A DNA stretch of 64,000 bases from Eledone cirrhosa (taxonomy: Eukaryota). The stretch covers positions 40,486,001-40,550,000 of the forward strand of contig OZ024745.1 in NCBI GenBank assembly GCA_964016885.1. The letters are read 5' to 3'. Of this stretch, positions 55,097 through 64,000 are shown piece after piece. A program made the translations under genes and the position numbers. Under the pieces are notes generated by a model. It saw only the letters and a list, made by a program, of their open reading frames with translations. It made no database searches and was not told the DNA's origin. The first letter of the stretch is position 1, and the number at the start of each line of letters is the position of its first letter.

Positions 55097-55519
55097 CCTT
55101 GTCTGGCTTTCTGGAGAATAGGGGGAAGGTGTTCCCTCGAAAAACCAGTATGACTCTAAAAACCGGTTTGTCTGTGTGTTTACATACAGAATAGCTGGGC
55201 CGCTCACTGTAAAGCGACCAGTGAAAGACTTGGTACACCTACATATGTATACGTGTGTGTATTCATATACACACTAGTATTTCAGTATGCATATGTAGAT
55301 GTACATTTTTAACTTAATTGTTTAAGCGTCAGTCATACAAAAGTGAGTTACAAACGAAACGAAATTTAATTTCGTTTCGTTATTTGTTTTTATCGTCTCC
55401 GCTGAACCGGTGCGTACTCACACTCTATGCAAATTAGTCTGCCCACTACTAATTTTCATAGAAAAAGCATATAATGATATGTGCTTTTACAATTCTCCAG
55501 AAAGGCCGGTAGATAGGTA

Positions 55520-55564
55520 AATATTGCTGATGAGTTGTAACAACAACGAAACTAGTTCAATGTT
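55520..55564 (+). ncRNA. Type I hammerhead ribozyme, copy 3 (predicted cleavage after 55557)
   Basis: Identical core to copies 1 and 2. Confidence 0.92.
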
Positions 55565-55854
55565 CCTTGTCTGGCTTTCTGGAGAATAGGGGGAAGGTGT
55601 TCCCCCGAAAAACCAGTATGACTCTAAAAACCGGTTTGTCTGTGTGTTTACATACAGAATAGCTGGGCCGCTCACTGTAAAGCGACCAGTGAAAGACTTG
55701 GTACACCTACATATGTATACGTGTGTGTATTCATATACACACTAGTATTTCAGTATGCATATGTAGATGTACATTTTTAACTTAATTGTTTAAGCGTCAG
55801 TCATACAAAAGTGAGTTACAAACGAAACGAAATTTAATTTCGTTTCGTTATTTG

Positions 55855-55859
<5 letters not shown>

Positions 55860-55892
<33 letters not shown>

Positions 55893-55945
55893 GTGTGTGT
55901 GTGTGTGTGTGTGTATGTGTGTGTGTGTGGGGGGGGGGGGGGGGG
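55860..55945. repeat. (TA)n(TG)n(G)n microsatellite at the 3' junction of the array
   Basis: Direct repeat count. Confidence 0.93.
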
Positions 55946-57247
55946 TGCCTATCTTTCTCTTTCTCTCTCTATGCCCCTCTAGATTATTTAGGATATGAAG
56001 ACACCATTTAGTGGCTATTTTATTTGACTCACATCCGTAAGTTTGAGGCTTCGAATTGCGGTGGCGTGCTGTGTCGTTGCTTGAGACAATATATTTTGCG
56101 AGTATGGACATGTCAAACATTTCGAGATTAATTTTCCTGTGAAATTGTTTTTGGTGGTCTTTCCTTTGAAATGCTGCGCAGCTTTCAAAGGAATTTCCCG
56201 TGCAGGACATTCGTCCATTACCTCAACATGATTATGCATTGTTAAACCCAACGAAAGTCTAATACAAATCATGACACACCCATACACGTACACACACACA
56301 CACACACACGTGCACATACGCGCACATAAACGCACGCATACATATAATGCGTGTGTAAACGTAGATATTTTTCTCAGTAAACCCATTGAGACAATAAATC
56401 AAAATGCAAGAACTTTTATTATTACCAACATAAAGAAAAAAATTGTCGTTTTGTAAATACAATTTCATTTGAAATTTATGTTGCAGTATAACATAGTTAC
56501 GTTAATCTCTATTATCACCGCGGAAACTACATCACACCTTATCTAATCTGAAGACAGCCAATCAACGTGCTGCATTTATTTTCCATCTGCTTATGACATG
56601 ATATGATAATAAATTGATCGATCGGTCTAAGGTATCAATTTATGTTATACGCTTGAAAATGAATCAAATATAGTACAGAGACTAAATATGATAACTGATA
56701 GAGCGATTCAGTTTAAAATGTAATACATGCACCTAAGTAAATACATTCACTACCACATATCAATGTCACATACAGATCAAATCTATTATAAATATTAACG
56801 ATGTTACCAATGCTATGTCGATGCTTCAATGAATGTAAAGAAATGAGGTGTAACAGATACATAATAAACTTCTATTCCCAGATCAGAAGGATTCCTGTTA
56901 TAAAAACAAACTAGAACTTGTAGGTATTGAAGTGATAGAAAGAAATTCGTAAAAATATTTGATATGGGAACTGTAAAATGATAGGGTGAGCTAATAATAT
57001 TAGGGAACAGAAGAAATGTTTAATATATTTATTCAGATTGAAATAAAATTTTGTTTGGCAAATTACAAACATACTCTACATAGCTATACTGTATAAATAA
57101 ACCTTCTTTGAACATTTTATGAATTGTAAAAATATTGTAATGATGTGAAGAAATCTGAGGATGCGTGGCGTATATGAGCTGTATATTTATATAAGGTTTG
57201 AAACTAGAAAGAACAATATTCATTGTATGAAACTATTCTTGGGATTG

Positions 57248-57299
<52 letters not shown>

Positions 57300-57397
57300 T
57301 ACGTGCATGTGGGGGGGGCGTGCGCGCGTGTGGCAGAGAGTGGGACGAGGTGAGGTATATTCCTTTAAAATTCTGGTGACGCATCCCCATTCAGTAC

Positions 57398-57654
57398 AGC
57401 TATTTCCACAAATAATACGACTCATTGAATTAGTGGAATACATATATTGAGACCACAATAAATCAGTACAGATACGCAAATATTGCATTCTATTCTTGAT
57501 TCTATAGGGTAACTGTATTGCTTTATAATTTATATATATATACGCTAAACAATCAAGAATAGAATGCAATATTTGCGTATCTGTGCTGATTTATTGTGGT
57601 CTCAGTATATGTATTCCACTAATTCAATGAGTCGTATTATTTGTGGAAATAGCT
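57398..57654. repeat. Inverted repeat with 104-bp arms and 49-bp spacer
   Basis: 57398-57501 versus 57551-57654; two mismatches seen. Confidence 0.92.
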
Positions 57655-57658
57655 TTCC

Positions 57659-58094
<436 letters not shown>

Positions 58095-58818
58095 GTAGAA
58101 GTGGTTACGCAACAGTTAGTTCACCTTACCGACAACAATTGTTTCACCTTCGCGGAACTTCAGCTCGGGATATGTATAGTTATAGGAACAGGAAGGACAA
58201 CCGTACGAACGCGCATGGGCAGAAACTCGGTCACTTCACACAGGCAATACTAGACTGCGTGCGGGAGTTGTAAGGGAGATAACTGCGAAAGTCCGGACAT
58301 TTTTAGGTTGAAAATAAAATTTAAAAAAATTAAAAATAAAATTACAAAGAATCAGTCCGATGTGTGGCTTATGTATTGAAGAACGAATAACTATCCTAAA
58401 GAGATTACGCAATAGTAATTGCCTAAACACGAGAAGTGAATTTTTCACACGTTGTCCACACGTCACAAAATATCTATTGTATAACTACAAGGCTCCGGAC
58501 TGATTCTTTGTAATTTTATTTTAAATTGTTTTGTTTTTTTTCAACCTAAAAACTTTCCGGACTTTCGCAGTTATCTCCCTTACACCTCCCGCACGCAGTC
58601 TTGTATTGCCTGTGTGAAGTTACCGAGTTTCTGCGCATGCGCGTTCGTACGGTTGTCCTTCCTGTTCCTATAACCATACATATCCCGAGCTGAAGATCCG
58701 CGAAGGTGAAACAATTGTTCTCGGTATGGTGAACTAACTGTTGTGTAACCACTTCTACCTAACTCGTCCCTTGGACTGAGTGCACTACCACTACGGATAT
58801 TACCTTTTAGTGTTCCAC

Positions 58819-58821
<3 letters not shown>
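58095..58821 (+). mobile_element. Short PLE copy (GIY-YIG C-terminus + pLTR) with inverted pLTR at the 5' end; same family as 50351-52155
   Basis: 58360-58821 matches ~51742-52155; arms 58095-58359 and 58496-58758 are inverted; (TA)n on both sides. Confidence 0.92.
58685..58724 (+). ncRNA. Type I hammerhead in the PLE pLTR (core intact, predicted cleavage after 58719)
   Basis: ccgag CTGAAGA tcc-gcgaa-ggt GAAA caattg TT ctcgg; first pair of stem II mismatched; mutated inverted copy at ~58129-58168. Confidence 0.82.
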
Positions 58822-58903
<82 letters not shown>

Positions 58904-60266
58904 GCTGATGGCTTAAATACATATGAAATGTTACCATTGGTCGCGAAACTTTGAATGAAATTATTAAGTTTAATTAAGAGTTAGAAATTTTACGATCCTA
59001 AATTTGTCTGAAAGTAATAAACTCTTCGATAATATATAGATATCATTTTATATAGATATCAATTTATATAGATATCAATTTCGTTTCAATAAATTGCCTA
59101 ACAAAATATAATTTCATTTCACAATAATATCTTTTAAAATCTACTACATTTGAAATGTCTGGAATGTCTGACGTACGTTTTATCTGTTTTACTAACACAA
59201 ATACTGCCCTCCAAACAGTTTTCTGCTAATCTAAATATGGGTGCTTGCTTGAGTTTTGTATGTTTTCTATTAATATATACAAATTGATCATATGGAAAGC
59301 TATATTTCTGGCATGCAGTTGATACGAACTTGCATCAACATATTCCGTACTGCCATTTATTCATTTAATACTGAAGGACAATACTTATATTGGTTGCCCT
59401 TGTTGTTGATGCTTATCTGTGTGTCTCTAAGTAAATTATATATGTGGTTGGTGAGTGTGTAATTCATTTCTTATACAGGTACTGGTATAATTTTTGTAAA
59501 GGCAATAAGTTCAACCCATAACGTTTTAATTTGGTTTCCCACTTGAATTTAATACCACGTTATAATACCATGTCTGACATCATCGGCAGCAAGGAGTAAT
59601 TTATTTGCCGAACACACAAATAAGATCTCACAATATTGTTGTAGATAACGTTTGTTAGATTCTACTTACTGAAAAATATATATATTTAGGATAGAGTATT
59701 AACAAAATATAAAATTATATTTAACCTGTAGGTCATAATTATTATATTTGCTGAAAACCCCATGTTACATTGGTGATACTATTAAAACTTTGAAAAGAAA
59801 AAAAGTCCTATATACATTGATGGATTTCCTGGTCTACTAGTCGATTGCATTGTTTAGGAACTTACAAACACAATATCTGTTCAAATTAAATACTAATTAA
59901 GAAAGTTATCCGGAGAAAATACAATGGCATACATCCTCGTCGATAAGGCATATTGGAATTCAATCGATCCTTAAGCCCAATTTAATAATTTCAGATATTA
60001 AACCAAAATAGGTTGTAATAAATCATATTAGTGAAAATCACTTTTAGACAGTGATTCAAGGATCTGTGTCTTTTTCCATTACAGCACAATACCAGCAACA
60101 CGATCTCAGGCCTCCTACAATCAAGTGTATTACATCTGGTGTAGTTGCAATAATACACCGGCAACCATTCACCACGGTGAATCGTGAATATATTACGCAC
60201 AAGAAGTGAATCGTAGGCCGATTCGTCTCATATATCTAATACATATACTTATACACATATATATAA

Positions 60267-60303
<37 letters not shown>

Positions 60304-60487
60304 CGATATTAACAATATTATAATTAAACATGGTATCCTTGAAATATGTATAATAAAATAGATATGGTTTTAAAAATATAGTTTCCATTTGTTAATATCG
60401 TATATTTACTCGAAATAATTGTCGAGTGCTTTATATCAGTTATAAAAATATTTGCTTGTTGTATCCCAACAATTTAAATAGAACTTT

Positions 60488-60524
<37 letters not shown>

Positions 60525-60540
60525 TTGATCACATTGACAC

Positions 60541-60757
60541 ATAACATTTCAAGCATAAATCTCGTAACATTCTACAAAACTTTGTGGAGCAATGAAAATG
60601 TTTTTTCTCAATGAAACTGAATAGAAAGAGAGGTGTCTTTAGACACCATATGTCATATTTCAGGATTTCTGAGTGAAAAATACATATAAGTACTGTCAAA
60701 TCTCAAAACATCACTAATATATAATAAAGTGACTTGAAAGTATATAATTGCCTGAAG

Positions 60758-60856
<99 letters not shown>

Positions 60857-60880
60857 GTGTGTGTATATATATATATGTGC

Positions 60881-60937
<57 letters not shown>

Positions 60938-61192
60938 AATATATATATGCACACACACATATATATATATTTATATTTCAGGCAATTATATACTTTCAAG
61001 TCACTTTGTTATATATTAGTGATGTTTTGAGATTTGACAGTACTTATATGCATTTTTTACTCTAAAATGCTGCAATATGACATATGGTGTCTAAAGACAC
61101 CTCTGTTTCTATTCGGTTTCACTGAGAAAAAACATTTTCAATGCTCCACAAAGTTTTGTACAATGTTACGAGATTTATGGTTGAAATGTTAT
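60541..61192. repeat. Inverted repeat (~230-bp arms) centred on a (TA)/(TG) microsatellite; MITE- or foldback-like
   Basis: 60541-~60770 is the reverse complement of ~60961-61192 with scattered mismatches. Confidence 0.88.
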
Positions 61193-61564
61193 AACAATGA
61201 GATACGCGACCGGGTGAAAGCCCAACAAATGAATTAATGTGTATATGGAGGAATATTCTTTAAACAGGTGTATCTTTGTAATTATATGGAATTAACTGTA
61301 TAACAGAATCTTTGTGTTGTTACCATGCCTCCGATCTTTCAAGCTATTTTCCCTCCCAGCTTTGCATGTGTATGTGTACGTCCGCACATCAGTGTAGATA
61401 CGCCTATGTATTCTAGTGTACAGACAGTGTGTGTGTGGTTGTAAGTGGGTGTATGTCTCAGAAGCAGCAATAAAATCAGCTTGCTTTGGGAAGCTCCAAG
61501 TGCCTGGGAAGGCATATATCTCGTTTTCCATGTGTTTTATATTATAATTTTATTATTATTAATC

Positions 61565-61745
61565 TTTAAAACATCAGCCAATATGTTTTGTCGCATAGTT
61601 CAAATCCTACCGATGTTAGTTTTGCCTTTCAAACTTACAGGGTCGATAAAGTAATGTACCAGTCAAGCACTCGGTTTGCTTTAATCGATTTACCCCTCCC
61701 CCGAAATTGCTAGCCCTGTGCCTAACTCAAAATCGATTATTGTTA
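61565..61745 (+). mobile_element. Decayed OK/OR-like SINE
   Basis: agttcaaatcc, tttgcctttc, gggtcgataaa, aaattgctagccctgtgcc. Confidence 0.7.
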
Positions 61746-61759
61746 TTATTTTTTAACGC

Positions 61760-63540
61760 TTTTGTCTTGCATCGAGAATACACCAAAAGAGCAAGCCATA
61801 GCCAACCGCCAAAGATATTTGGGTAATTCCTTCTCCTTCAATTTTCTAACACCCTTCTTAAAAAATAAAGCTGTCTGTTTCAGCTTTTAATCCCGAACTT
61901 CGTAGCTACTGATGTGTTTGGACTTCATCTAAATCAGCATCTTAGAAGCGAAGTTGCAACTGGTCGTGCAGGGGTGTTTGTTGCCATATTTCTCTAAATA
62001 TTTTCGACTTTCTAGTTTTGACTTGATTCTCTGAATTTTTCCTGCCTTAGTTGGAATTGGGTCATCTTCTATTTTTAGGTGTATGTAATTAGTTTTTAGT
62101 TCTTCTCTCTATTGCCCTGCCTCTTTGAGTTTTGACTGGAGTTTCTTCTGGTTTTTGTTCCCTTACTGACTCCATCTTCCCGCGTTTTGTGTACTCTAGG
62201 TAGGTTACTAAGCGTATTGTACTTATGGCTGTCACAGGCGGATTACACCTCTTCCTCATTCTTGTCTTGGCAACTATAAGCGGTCAACATCTGCCTTAGG
62301 GTGATGTATTTTGTTGGCTGTAAAATGTTTCCGAGTTTATGAGTGTATTCATTGCACATCAGATAAGTTTCAAATGATGATGTTATAACTGTATCGTACT
62401 ACTAGTGCAGCTAAATTGTTTATAGTCTGGAAGTGTTTTTTTTTTTTAGAATTTAATTTAATTTAAGATCAGCTTTAACCTTCTGTACTATTCTTTCTGT
62501 ATTTTTACTTCTATTTAATTGTGTTTAAATCCATCACCTTCATTTATGCCAAGATATTTTCATGTACCTCCTGTGTCTAAACGTTTTCAAAGAAAATATC
62601 CTGCTTTGCAGCATCGTAAATGTTAATCTTATAAGTATCCATTTGTTTGTTTTGAAACTGAGGTAACTTCTCTTTCATTTTGATACATAAAGTTTTACTT
62701 AATTTTATGGTAATGTCATTTTTAGCTTTTGCAATATCTGACAATATTTTTTTAATCTTTTGCAATGTCTTGTGCATTGTGTTTTAGAACTCTGTTGTCG
62801 CTTTATTATCCTCAGCAGTTGTTCATCACCAATATTTCTATTCTTCATATTTCATCTATCTTCTCATTGAATTTTTCTCCCAATCATTGTTACTATCGGA
62901 GTCATGAATCTTTTAGCCTGGATTGTATGACTGGTTATCTGTCATTACATTGTGTTCTTATCTGTTCTAATTCAATCAATGTCAATTTGCTTTCTTTTAC
63001 AATATGTTTCCATATTTATTAACATCTATGTACAGGCAGGTGTTTTCGCCGAGCAGTTTCTTTCATTCAATATACAATTGTTTTGTAACATTTCATTGGG
63101 GATTGTTTACTGCGTTATAGAATGATGTCATCCCCCCTTTATATTTTACAATTTTGCATTATTTTACGTGAGTTTCCTTGTTTATTATTAACTATGTAAG
63201 GGCGCATGCTGTCGCTGATCAATTTTCTCACACCAATGTATGCTAATTTTGTAACATTTGATTGGGTTTCTTAATCCCGTACAGAATACTGCCATGACAT
63301 GTTTATGTTCCTCCCCAGTCCACTTTTCTTTTGTTTTCTGATTTCGAGTGTTTTTTGTTAGTGTTTGTTCTATTGGTTCAAGACTGTTGATTTTCTGGTT
63401 CTGGTGACCTGTTGAACAGTTAGACGGGGAGGTCGCTCCAGTTGTCAATTTACGATCCCAGCCTGTTGCACCACTGAGAGATGCATCACTGGTAACACGC
63501 ACGTTGTATGCTGTGGTATAATTTGGCATATACAAATTTC
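61760..63540 (-). mobile_element. Decayed 5' (N-terminal) part of an R4/Dong-like element
   Basis: ..KEKWTGEEHKHVM.. resembles the R4/Dong N-terminal KWTxEE motif; a downstream stretch resembles the pre-RT region of element 2; boundaries approximate. Confidence 0.5.
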
Positions 63541-64000
63541 ATCTTACTGGCAAGACTATATTCGTGTACCATACAAAACAGGTTTGCTTAAAGAAGCTTA
63601 GAGACGCTAGTCTGCCTTCATTGAGGTGGTTAACTGCGCTGGCCACCATCATAGTATTTCGAAAGCCCGCAGCAACCAATCTAAAGTATAAAGTTTGACA
63701 GCCTAATACAAGTCTTTACGCCTAAGTAATTCATTAGCGCCATTTACATGTTATCCGTGATGTGTTAATGTTTGCTTTTGTTGCAGTGGTGGTGATGGCT
63801 TTTGAGTTGTTACTCTATTAATCTGTGGTACAGTGGATACTAGTAGTTGTGACAGTCTCTTCGCGTATTCTTTTCGGAACTGGTAGCGGTACTTTTTCAA
63901 ATGCTTCTGTGATGACATAGTGGTGACGAGGGGGGTGGGGGGGGGGTGATAGAGTGGTGATAGGGAAGTGACGGTGGAGCTGATGGGATATTGACGGCGA

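Larger units (their letters stand above)
54365..55861 (+). mobile_element. Tandem 468-bp hammerhead-containing repeat (non-LTR retrozyme-like), three full units plus a ~65-bp partial
   Basis: Units start at 54365, 54861, 55329 and 55797; unit 1 has an extra 28-bp duplication; each full unit has one intact hammerhead. Confidence 0.9.

Noticed and set aside
54551-55675. Three repeated 62-aa minus-strand ORFs (MSGPAILYV...)
   Set aside because: GTG start, antisense to the ribozyme and no domain; a by-product of the tandem repeat.
54365-55861. CRISPR array or Helitron/Helentron tandem as an explanation for the 468-bp repeat
   Set aside because: No repeat-spacer structure and a eukaryotic context; the hairpin-plus-CTAG motif is internal to the unit rather than at the array end, while the hammerhead explains the periodicity.
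63560-63760. HDV-like ribozyme upstream of the Dong-like N-terminus
   Set aside because: Could not assemble P1 and P2 pairings by eye.

Overview
AT-rich, microsatellite-dense animal genomic DNA with no confidently identifiable host gene. The SINE families suggest a coleoid cephalopod such as Octopus (inference). Bases 1.2-13.8 kb hold a chain of non-LTR retrotransposons, each bounded by (TAA)n: an RTE 3' remnant, two different R4/Dong-like RLE elements, and one truncated plus one full-length Tx1-clade element. Bases 14-50 kb are mostly intergenic or intronic, with tRNA-derived SINEs, decayed RTE and Dong remnants, short perfect hairpins and one candidate exon. Bases 50-59 kb are a Penelope-like element (PLE) and hammerhead ribozyme hotspot. 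The main finding is a 468-bp tandem array (54365-55861). Each unit has an intact type I hammerhead ribozyme, an octamer motif and almost wall-to-wall hairpins, which fits a non-LTR retrozyme producing circular RNA. The array is fused to a PLE-like inverted arm at its 5' end and runs into (TA)n at its 3' end. All structures and alignments were read by eye; no folding or database search was run.
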